This document shows positions 9,602-16,755 of a DNA stretch of 55,178 nucleotides, in pieces. The notes below the pieces were generated by a model that ran no database searches, was not told the DNA's origin, and was given only the letters and a program-made list of their open reading frames with translations. Source of the DNA: a virus; the UHGV virus genome UHGV-0298867; one strand, given 5' to 3'. The translations under genes and the position numbers were made by a program. Within the stretch, counting starts at the first letter, position 1; each line of letters begins with the position of its first letter.

Positions 9602-9652
9602 TTCGCTCAAACCCTCGTTTGGGCGAAGCCTCTTTTTGGAGCAAAAAACATG
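9602..9652. repeat. Left inverted repeat of the invertible segment. It contains the 26-bp hix/gix-like crossover site TTCGCTCAAACC-CT-CGTTTGGGCGAA (9602-9627), plus the 5' UTR and ATG of the downstream fibre gene.
   Basis: 50/51 nt identical to the reverse complement of 14640-14690. The 26-bp site has 12-bp half-sites around a 2-bp core, as hix/gix sites do. Confidence 0.8.
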
Positions 9653-10393
9653 GCCCTGACTCCTCCACTCGGCTCGACGACACCAGAGGTCTTGTTACGT
9701 AATGCTGGCGATCTTGATCGCGCCATGAACAGTGAAGATGATACCTGGCAAAACCGAGGTGGTGATGAGCTCCCCACCATGAAGGGATATCAGAAACAGG
9801 TGGATGCCATCACTGATGATGTTTTTCAGGCCAGGGATACGGCTGTTGAAGCAGCTGCAACGTTACCCACAAAACAACAATTCCTTGAGCTACAGGTGGA
9901 AGTCGACGGTATCACGGCCGATCCTGCAAACGCGATTGCAAACATTACCATTCCGGCGAAAGACTTTGACCTTGCTGTAGGGAGTGCCAGTTTTGGCATG
10001 ATAGCCAGTCGCCTCGCGGGCTGGCAGTTCACTCATGGGGTAAACGCATCCATCACCAAAATGATAGACCTGCCGTCTCACTGGTCAAAAATGCGTATAT
10101 CCCTGATCTGGACAAACCTCGTTGCTAACAACAATTTCAATGTGAGCCTTTCAGGTGAGCGGCATAGCTGGTCTGCCGGTGAGTCTTTCAATCAGGAGCC
10201 TGCAGGTTATGCTGCGGTCGTTCCGGTTAATGGCACACCGTTTATTGCAGTGGAAACACAATTAGCGCTTGATCTCACCGTTGACCCTACACGGCATACT
10301 ACCCTTCGCATCGGACGAAATGGCGCGTCTTCCAGCGATACCCTGCCCACTGCCATCGCATTACTCGCCGTCAGACTGACAAAGGTGGCTTAA
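9650..10393 (+). CDS. Tail fibre/spike N-terminal anchor-domain protein (247 aa), module A of the switchable receptor-binding cassette
   Basis: The N-terminus MALTPPLGSTTPEVL is shared with the convergent 868-aa fibre (MAELNPPLGTTTPEIF). It lies immediately downstream of the J-like gene and inside the IR-bounded segment. Confidence 0.6.
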   Translation: MALTPPLGSTTPEVLLRNAGDLDRAMNSEDDTWQNRGGDELPTMKGYQKQVDAITDDVFQARDTAVEAAATLPTKQQFLELQVEVDGITADPANAIANITIPAKDFDLAVGSASFGMIASRLAGWQFTHGVNASITKMIDLPSHWSKMRISLIWTNLVANNNFNVSLSGERHSWSAGESFNQEPAGYAAVVPVNGTPFIAVETQLALDLTVDPTRHTTLRIGRNGASSSDTLPTAIALLAVRLTKVA

Positions 10394-11629
10394 ATGAGTG
10401 TTTACCAGTCATGGCGGACGGCCTGGCGAACACCAGGCGTGTTAAGAAATTATCCTCCTAATCCGCTTTATGTGGATACGGTCAGAGGAAAAGCGTCGGG
10501 AAAAGGGTCAGTCGATGATCCAGTGAACAGCCTCGGTCTGGCGCAGGGGTTATGCCTCGGTCTTTCCGATTATGAAATAAAGATTATTGCCCCGGAAAGT
10601 TCTCCACTACGACAGGAGGTTGTATTTAACACCACCGAGAATGTGACCTTATCAGGCGTTGATGGTGAACCGTGGTACACCTTTGGATCTGAAGAACATA
10701 CATCCGGGTGGACTCAGAACGGTCAGATTTTTCAGAAAACACTGGGGTATACCTCTGTGCTTCAGGTGGTCGTTACATCAATGACGGAGACGGTCGGTGA
10801 CAGAGATGATTTTCTTTTTAAACTACTACAAAACACCTCCACGCCGACCACGCCAGCAGCTGGTGAGTATGGATATGCAGGAGGCATTATTTATGTCCGG
10901 TTACCGGATGATTCAGACCCTGCTCTGCACTCGATTGAAATATCCCGGCGTAATTTTGGGGTAGCGACAACCGGGTTTGGACTCCTTACGGTGAATGACT
11001 GTATCGCGCGCTATTGCATGATTAATGGCATTTCCTGCGGGTTATCCACGCAACCGGCAGGCACCGGCTTCCTGACCGTCAATGACTCCGTTATTGAGTA
11101 CTGTGCGAATGCCGGTGTTGGTGGTACGGGGCGAAATGAGTTGATAATCTGTAATAACGTGCGTGCCTGGCGGATTTCAAATGATGGCTTCGGGCAGCAT
11201 GCGCCTGTAGGCGGTGCCGGAAAAATGATCCTGAATGGCTGTAATGGTAGTTATAACGGCGATCAGGCCGGTCAGTCTGCCCAGGGGGCTTCAAACCATG
11301 AGTTTACGAAAATGGTAATCAACGGAGGGACATTCAATTTTAATGTCTCAGGCGGAATGGTGGCTATTGAAAATGCGCAGTGTGATATTCACGGCGACAC
11401 AAAATACGGGCCTGTTGTGATGGACGGGAATATGAGGCTGGGGAATACGGCAGGAACTATCGCCAGCCAGGCTGGATGCGCCTGGCTGAACTATGCCACT
11501 GGGATAGTGACGGGAGATGTAACCGTTAAAAACGGTCAAGGTGTCGGCGTTCGCCGTGGGCCAGATGCCATCGTGGAAGGTATCGCAACGATCCACTCAA
11601 TCAACAACGCACTGCCGGATATTTTGTGA
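10394..11629 (+). CDS. Right-handed beta-helix (pectate-lyase-like) receptor-binding or depolymerase-like tailspike protein (411 aa)
   Basis: Repeated beta-helix rungs (NDCIARYCMINGISCG, NDSVIEYCANAGVGG, ICNNVRAWRISNDGFG). It has its own RBS AAGGTGG. It is in the same frame as the upstream ORF, separated from it by a single TAA. Confidence 0.65.
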   Translation: MSVYQSWRTAWRTPGVLRNYPPNPLYVDTVRGKASGKGSVDDPVNSLGLAQGLCLGLSDYEIKIIAPESSPLRQEVVFNTTENVTLSGVDGEPWYTFGSEEHTSGWTQNGQIFQKTLGYTSVLQVVVTSMTETVGDRDDFLFKLLQNTSTPTTPAAGEYGYAGGIIYVRLPDDSDPALHSIEISRRNFGVATTGFGLLTVNDCIARYCMINGISCGLSTQPAGTGFLTVNDSVIEYCANAGVGGTGRNELIICNNVRAWRISNDGFGQHAPVGGAGKMILNGCNGSYNGDQAGQSAQGASNHEFTKMVINGGTFNFNVSGGMVAIENAQCDIHGDTKYGPVVMDGNMRLGNTAGTIASQAGCAWLNYATGIVTGDVTVKNGQGVGVRRGPDAIVEGIATIHSINNALPDIL

Positions 11630-11636
11630 GGTAAAA

Positions 11637-11852
11637 ATGACAGTATGCAGATTGTGTCAGTGTGAGCCAATGGTGATGACAAAGCCGGAAACCGATGGAA
11701 TCACCTATTTTTATGTGCATTATGTGGAATGTTCCGGATGTGGCATAGGAACAAAACGGTTTTCTGAGCAAATGATGGAGGCTGAGGCCGCTATCAGCCA
11801 GGCTTCAGAACAGTGGGAGCTGATGAATATAACGGTTCCTGACATCAGATAG
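11637..11852 (+). CDS. Lar-family restriction alleviation-like zinc-ribbon protein (71 aa)
   Basis: CRLCQC...YFYVHYVECSGCG...SEQW fits the Lar/RalR pattern CxxCxC...C..C...A..W. The ATG at 11637 lies 8 nt after the spike-gene stop. Confidence 0.5.
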   Translation: MTVCRLCQCEPMVMTKPETDGITYFYVHYVECSGCGIGTKRFSEQMMEAEAAISQASEQWELMNITVPDIR

Positions 11853-12007
11853 ACGATATGCGGCTCCTGTCACGTACGTTATTTAACGAGCCTCCCGGCG
11901 ACCTTGTTGCACTCTAAAGACGAGAAACATCTGGAAACACCAGGAATTTTCTTAGAAGATACTCGATGCGCAAAGACGCACACAGCAATAATGTCATTCA
12001 GTATTTT

Positions 12008-12037
12008 CCCCCGGCGTGCCTCCGGGGGCGTTTTTTT
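12008..12037 (+). terminator. Intrinsic terminator CCCCCGG-CGTGCCT-CCGGGGG-CG-TTTTTTT, at the convergence point of modules A and B
   Basis: A 7-bp GC stem with a 7-T run. The stop codon of the minus-strand fibre gene (12036-12038) overlaps the T-run. Confidence 0.7.
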
Positions 12038-14642
12038 AAAGCATATTCACAACGCTTGCCATTCTCCGGGCTATCAACTCTCCGCCAGCGGCATTCGGAT
12101 GCAGGTTATCCCCGGTATAGAGACTCAGGTTATAGAGATTTATTCCGCTTTCAGCAAACAAATCGCAGACTGGCACACTGAATAACGCGCACACTTCTCT
12201 AATGGCCTGCACGTACTGTGGCAACGTAAAGCCCGCTGAGTTCGCCGCCGGATAAACCGGCTGGCTTTCAAATGTACCTCGTTTCATCGGCGTACTGAAC
12301 ATCACTCGTACCGTTGGTTTCAGGGTATAGATTTTGTTCAATACGAAGAACACGTCGTAATAAAACGATTTAACCGTCGTATCATCATAATCCGCCCTGG
12401 CGTCTGCAATTGTCCCGAGCCGGCGATTTCCCCCGTAATCGTTCGTCCCTCCCAGAATCGAAATGAAATCCATCGCATCAATAGTGGTGGCGTTGAGTGA
12501 ATCAGCCATCGTTCTGACTCCCTGACCAGGTACGCCATAATTGGCAATCTGGCGCATACCAGTCCGGGAAAGTAGTGGCGCAATGTAATTCCCCGTGTTT
12601 GTTATGCTGTCACCAAGGAATCCGATCCCCTTTCCCTGCCAGGGCAATTCCTGCCCCTGCCCACCGAAAGGAACATATCCAGCAGGAACAGCCTGACCAG
12701 GTGAAACCATCAGGCTGTTCAGGCGTGTCAGGTTGTAGACCTGGAACCGAACAAAATATGCATTATCAGGAACAGCATAAGGCGTATTTGCGACCAGATT
12801 CTGGAAGCCGCTGAGGAAGGTGCCGTCAATTTTATAGAATGCGCCGCCACCTGAGCCATACGTAGAAACGAACCAGTCTCCAGGAGTGACCATCATCATT
12901 GGCGTTGCGAAGTACCCCGGTGAAGAGGTTAGCCCGCCGGTCTGATAAGAAACGCCCCTGTCTGTCTGGGCGAGTTCGCTGTTATAGAGATTCACCGACA
13001 CTTTTTGCAGGGACAGTGCGACCGAGCGCGCTACAGTCAGCGATTTTGTATCAACGTAAGTTGACGTCGGCGAACCAAACGACAGGTAGCTCGCAGGGAG
13101 TGCTGAGCCTTCAACCATCATCAGTGTGTTTTTTGCTGAAAGACCGTATACCTGAAACCGGACATAAACCGCACCAGATGGCGTGGTAAAAACGGTTCCG
13201 GCAGCAATAGTGGTGTTCAAAATTTTGGTTTTGTTGATATCAAAATAGACAACCACACCTGATGCACTGCTTGCGATGTATTGCGTGTTAGGTTTTACCG
13301 GGATAAATGGCGTGACAAAATATCCGGATGCCACATAGGGCGCTCCAGTAGTCGCCAGCGCATAATTATCCAGCGCAACATCCTTGTTGAACATATTGCG
13401 TATGGCGGCCAGAGTACCGTCCGCAATTCCCCAGCTGATTGACTGGGTGATTGCCGTTGCCTCTGCAGTTGTCAGCGCGCCAAACCCCAAATAAGATGAC
13501 GGCAGAGAGGTTCCGCGAACAACCATCAGACTTTCTTTACCCGATAGCGGTGTGCTCTGGAAACGCAGGTAACAGGAACCAGTCGGAACGGTAAAGGTCG
13601 TTGCAGCAGCGACAGTGATATTTGACGTTTTGCTCAGGTCAGGATCATAGAAGCATAATACCTGCGTACCAGATGAGAGGATGTAACTCTCTCCGGGAAG
13701 GACCGGGATATAGTCAGTAACAAAATAGCTGGCATTTGCCGTCAGACTGCCGTTAGTCGAGAGCGCATATCCGTCGTTAGCCCGGTTTTTATCAAACAGG
13801 TTTCGTACCAGAGCGTTCGCTCGTGAGCTAATATCAATTGCCTGCTCCAGGGCAGTTCGTTTGGCGGAGAAAGGGTCGACCAGACCGGCCCCAATGTGAC
13901 CAGCAGGAAGAGAAGTACCTTTAATTAGCATCTGTCCGGATTTGCCAGTGCTCAGCGTCTGCGAGAACCGGATATAACGAGTCCTGGCTGGCGTGGTAAA
14001 AACGGTTCCGGCAGTGGCGCCTGCAACATAGGAAATGAAATTGCCCTGTAAATCATAAAATGCCAGTTGTGACACATTCACAGCGAAAACATACTGCGTA
14101 CCGTCGAGTGCGGGTATCATGTCACTCACAAAGTACGCCGCATTTGCGACCAGCGAGCCGGTAGAGCCAACCGCAAAACCATCCGTAGTCCGCTCTTTGT
14201 CGAAATAGTTAATGACCAGTGAGCCGCGCCCTACATCAGAATAAATCTGCCCAGTCACCGCACTGACAGAATCCAGATATGACTTAGACGGCATCTGCCG
14301 CCCGGTAGGCTGCAACGTCCCACCGTTGTTGATTACCTCAAGAGCCAGCGCGCTATCGTCCGGGCTGCGGTAATACGTCGTAGAGCCCACCGGAATATTC
14401 GCGATATCCGCCTGCGCCGCAGCCAGCGTCGCATACTGGCGGCTGAGAGGAATCAGATTCTGTCGTGTCTCCTCTGTAAGGGCTTCATTCTTCGCCATCA
14501 TTCCGCGCCAGGTATCGAGCGGTTCACCGCCGCGGTCGTCAACCGTTCCTGCCGGACCGTTAACCAGTTCGTCAGCGCGCTTAACGTTGTCCATGAATAT
14601 TTCCGGCGTCGTCGTGCCCAGTGGCGGGTTAAGTTCGGCCAT
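12036..14642 (-). CDS. Tail fibre (868 aa), module B. It has an N-terminal anchor, four tandem ~110-aa repeat (carbohydrate-binding-like) domains, and a C-terminal SGNH/GDSL esterase domain.
   Basis: GDSIT (block I), GTND (block III) and DNLHPN (block V) are SGNH hydrolase motifs. The four repeats have the form F(D/N)K..DGYA..TGSL.AN..YFV..IP...F..P.G..Y.RFQ. Confidence 0.8.
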   Translation of the reverse strand: MAELNPPLGTTTPEIFMDNVKRADELVNGPAGTVDDRGGEPLDTWRGMMAKNEALTEETRQNLIPLSRQYATLAAAQADIANIPVGSTTYYRSPDDSALALEVINNGGTLQPTGRQMPSKSYLDSVSAVTGQIYSDVGRGSLVINYFDKERTTDGFAVGSTGSLVANAAYFVSDMIPALDGTQYVFAVNVSQLAFYDLQGNFISYVAGATAGTVFTTPARTRYIRFSQTLSTGKSGQMLIKGTSLPAGHIGAGLVDPFSAKRTALEQAIDISSRANALVRNLFDKNRANDGYALSTNGSLTANASYFVTDYIPVLPGESYILSSGTQVLCFYDPDLSKTSNITVAAATTFTVPTGSCYLRFQSTPLSGKESLMVVRGTSLPSSYLGFGALTTAEATAITQSISWGIADGTLAAIRNMFNKDVALDNYALATTGAPYVASGYFVTPFIPVKPNTQYIASSASGVVVYFDINKTKILNTTIAAGTVFTTPSGAVYVRFQVYGLSAKNTLMMVEGSALPASYLSFGSPTSTYVDTKSLTVARSVALSLQKVSVNLYNSELAQTDRGVSYQTGGLTSSPGYFATPMMMVTPGDWFVSTYGSGGGAFYKIDGTFLSGFQNLVANTPYAVPDNAYFVRFQVYNLTRLNSLMVSPGQAVPAGYVPFGGQGQELPWQGKGIGFLGDSITNTGNYIAPLLSRTGMRQIANYGVPGQGVRTMADSLNATTIDAMDFISILGGTNDYGGNRRLGTIADARADYDDTTVKSFYYDVFFVLNKIYTLKPTVRVMFSTPMKRGTFESQPVYPAANSAGFTLPQYVQAIREVCALFSVPVCDLFAESGINLYNLSLYTGDNLHPNAAGGELIARRMASVVNML

Positions 14643-14690
14643 GTTTTTTGCTTCAAAAAGAGGCTTCGCCCAAACGAGGGTTTGAGCGAA
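14640..14690. repeat. Right inverted repeat of the invertible segment. It contains the 26-bp hix/gix-like site (14665-14690) and the start codon (minus strand) of the module B fibre.
   Basis: Its reverse complement equals 9602-9652 with one mismatch. The IR ends exactly at the outer edge of the 26-bp site. Confidence 0.8.
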
Positions 14691-14733
14691 TGGCCGCGGC
14701 TTTTTACAATCAGCTATTTCAAGGAGTTAGATA

Positions 14734-15282
14734 GTGCTGATTGGCTATGCTCGGGTATCAACCGGGGATCAAAACCTCGATTTACAGAAAAATGCGCTGA
14801 TTCGCGCAGAATGTGAGCTGATTTACGAGGATACGGCGAGCGGAAAGAATGCCCGGCGGGCTGGGCTAAAGCGCGCGCTGCGGCAGCTAAAGCCGGGTGA
14901 TGTGCTGGTGGTCTGGAAACTGGATAGGTTGGGGCGCAGCGTGCGGGATTTAATCACGTTGGTGTCAGAGCTGCAGGCGCGTGGGGTGAACTTTCGAAGC
15001 CTGACTGACTCGATCGACACATCAACGGCCGCGGGGCGTTTCTTCTTCCACGTCATGAGCGCGCTGGCAGAGATGGAACGAGAGCTGATTGTGGAGAGGA
15101 CCCGCGCAGGACTGGTGGCGGCGAGAGAGCAGGGGCGTATCGGCGGACGTCGCCGGGTAATGACTGAAGAAGTGGTGGAGCGGTGCCGCAGAATGCTGGA
15201 GAACGGCGCTACCCGGCAGCAGGTAGCCGATGTGATAGGTGTAGACGTGAAAACAATCTACAAGTACCTCCCGGCGACTTGA
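14734..15282 (+). CDS. Serine DNA invertase of the Hin/Gin/Cin/Pin family (GTG start, RBS AAGGAG)
   Basis: MLIGYARVSTGDQNLDLQ...GRFFFHVMSALAEMERELI...GRIGG matches Gin (MLIGYVRVSTNDQNTDLQ...GRFFFHVMGALAEMERELI) almost throughout. The gene abuts IR-R. Confidence 0.95.
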   Translation: MLIGYARVSTGDQNLDLQKNALIRAECELIYEDTASGKNARRAGLKRALRQLKPGDVLVVWKLDRLGRSVRDLITLVSELQARGVNFRSLTDSIDTSTAAGRFFFHVMSALAEMERELIVERTRAGLVAAREQGRIGGRRRVMTEEVVERCRRMLENGATRQQVADVIGVDVKTIYKYLPAT

Positions 15283-15359
15283 AGGCAAAGATTTCACTAC
15301 TTTTCCTGATATGTTACGTTTGGCTTAATCAATTCATTCAGCTTTGAAAACAGTTTGGT

Positions 15360-15782
15360 TTGTTCGTGAACGGTAAGAAAACAATAAGTTTTGAGCAATT
15401 TTTAACTATTAACAGCAATCTTGTTTCCATCTCAGATACATGGGCTGACTTGTGGGCGTTAATTTTTCACACGGGTTTAAGCGCTGGAAGGCTGCTGAGT
15501 ATTCGATATGATGATATTGATGGTGACTTGATACTGATACGAAAACAGGGTCACCTGAAGGAGCTACGTGTTAAATCAACCCCTCCAGTGGAGGCGATGA
15601 TTGCTCGTAGAAGAGAACGCTATCCAGAAGATGTTTTTTTATTTCAGAGCCATTCTAACCGTGTGAAGTACCAACGCCGGCCGGTCACTATAATTGCTTT
15701 CAACGCCGCTTTACGTCGCGCCGCTAGATCATTACCAGACGTTAACGTAAGCAGTAGTAGCGCGAGAAACATACCGGACTAA
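15360..15782 (+). pseudogene. Fragment of a small FimB/FimE-like tyrosine recombinase. It lacks both the N-terminal part and the C-terminal H-R-H-Y region.
   Basis: HTGLSAGRLLSIRYDDIDGDLILIRKQGHLKELRV has the first catalytic Arg and the Lys box of tyrosine recombinases. The ORF ends before the HxLRH and Tyr motifs. Confidence 0.45.
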
Positions 15783-15796
15783 CCGCCTGTCCAGTC

Positions 15797-15855
15797 GCGT
15801 GTGGCCGATGTGACAGGCGTGGGGGGGGAAGACTATTTACAAATATTTGCCAGTA
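15797..15855 (+). pseudogene. Degenerate relic copy of the invertase 3' end
   Basis: GGCCGATGTGACAGGCGTGG...ACTATTTACAAATATTT aligns with the invertase C-terminus GTAGCCGATGTGATAGGTGTAGACGTGAAAACAATCTACAAGTACCT (15222-15270). Confidence 0.55.
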
Positions 15856-15864
15856 CAATACGGC

Positions 15865-15970
15865 GATAAAAAATCCCCTTGAGCAGGCACACTCAAGGGG
15901 AAAATACTACATAACATCATTGCTGTGTGCGTCTTTGCGCTCGTCTATCTTCCAAGAAGATGCCTAAAGC
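15865..15970 (-). repeat. Inverted, diverged copy of the fibre-end/terminator region 11890-12037. It includes a conserved terminator hairpin (15875-15900) with its T-run on the minus strand.
   Basis: The reverse complement of 11935-12037 aligns with 15868-15945 (GGGGAAAATACT..ATTGCTGTGTGCGTCTTTGCGC). The stem differs by compensatory changes. Confidence 0.55.
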
Positions 15971-16010
15971 TTCCAGATATTTCTGGTCTGAGCAGTTAAA
16001 ACATTGGTTT

Positions 16011-16070
16011 GGTAGCCGATGTGATAGGAGTGGGAGTAAAGACGATTTATAAATATTTTCCAGCCGGTTA
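16011..16070 (+). pseudogene. Second degenerate relic of the invertase 3' end
   Basis: GTAGCCGATGTGATAGGAGTGGGAGTAAAGACGATTTATAAATATTTTCC aligns with the invertase C-terminal coding sequence. Confidence 0.55.
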
Positions 16071-16294
16071 AGTTTGCTCACCTGCGAACCGTATGCAAGA
16101 GATCGCAGGTGAGCAATTTGCTATTAAGGCATTGCCATAGCTGAAAAATTTTAACCTCGCATTGTTCGCAAAACCATCAAACAGCTAAGGCCTGAAAACA
16201 CTTTCAGACTAACCTTACTCGTTACATCAATGTGTTACGGCAATGACAAAAATTTATAGCCAGAACCTATATTGATCTGTCGTCCTGTTAAAAC

Positions 16295-16314
16295 TACTGT
16301 ATATAAAAACAGTA
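16295..16314. promoter_or_regulatory. LexA (SOS) box TACTGTATATAAAAACAGTA upstream of umuD
   Basis: A perfect CTGT-N8-ACAG palindrome matching the consensus TACTGTATATATATACAGTA, 20 nt upstream of the umuD ATG. Confidence 0.85.
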
Positions 16315-16334
16315 TTAATCTGAGCGAGTCAATT

Positions 16335-16754
16335 ATGCAGTTTTACACGCCCGTTGAGTTACGTGAGATCATGCTGATCCCGTTGTACAGTGACCTTGTG
16401 CAATGTGGTTTTCCAAGCCCTGCACAGGATTACGTTGAGCAACGCATCGATCTGAACGAGTTGCTCGTTAACCACCCCAGTGCGACGTATTTTGTCAAAG
16501 CCGCCGGCGACAGCATGAAGGATGCCGGCATAGGAGAAGGTGATCTTCTTGTTGTGGATAGCTCAAGGACAGCAGTTCATGGCGATATCGTTATCGCTGC
16601 AGTGGATGGGGAATTCACCGTTAAGAAGCTGCAGCTGCATCCGCGGGTTCAGCTTAACCCAATGAACCCTGCATATTCGCCGATAGTCGTCGGTAGTGAG
16701 GACACTCTCGACGTGTTCGGGGTGGTTACGTACATCATCAAATCAGCTGGCTGA
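16335..16754 (+). CDS. umuD: UmuD (DNA polymerase V accessory subunit, S24 LexA-like peptidase)
   Basis: [61 protein letters not shown] is near-identical to E. coli UmuD, including the CG cleavage site and the Ser and Lys catalytic residues. Confidence 0.95.
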   Translation: MQFYTPVELREIMLIPLYSDLVQCGFPSPAQDYVEQRIDLNELLVNHPSATYFVKAAGDSMKDAGIGEGDLLVVDSSRTAVHGDIVIAAVDGEFTVKKLQLHPRVQLNPMNPAYSPIVVGSEDTLDVFGVVTYIIKSAG

Positions 16755-16755
16755 G

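Noticed and set aside
11904-12185. Plus-strand ORFs spanning the convergent terminator and the 3' end of the SGNH fibre
   Set aside because: They cross an intrinsic terminator and overlap the well-supported C-terminal esterase domain on the opposite strand.
15960-16011. Possible additional gix-like site near the invertase relics (TTAAAACATTGGTTTGG)
   Set aside because: It lacks the AAAACC/GGTTTT half-site symmetry and 26-bp structure seen at 9602-9627.
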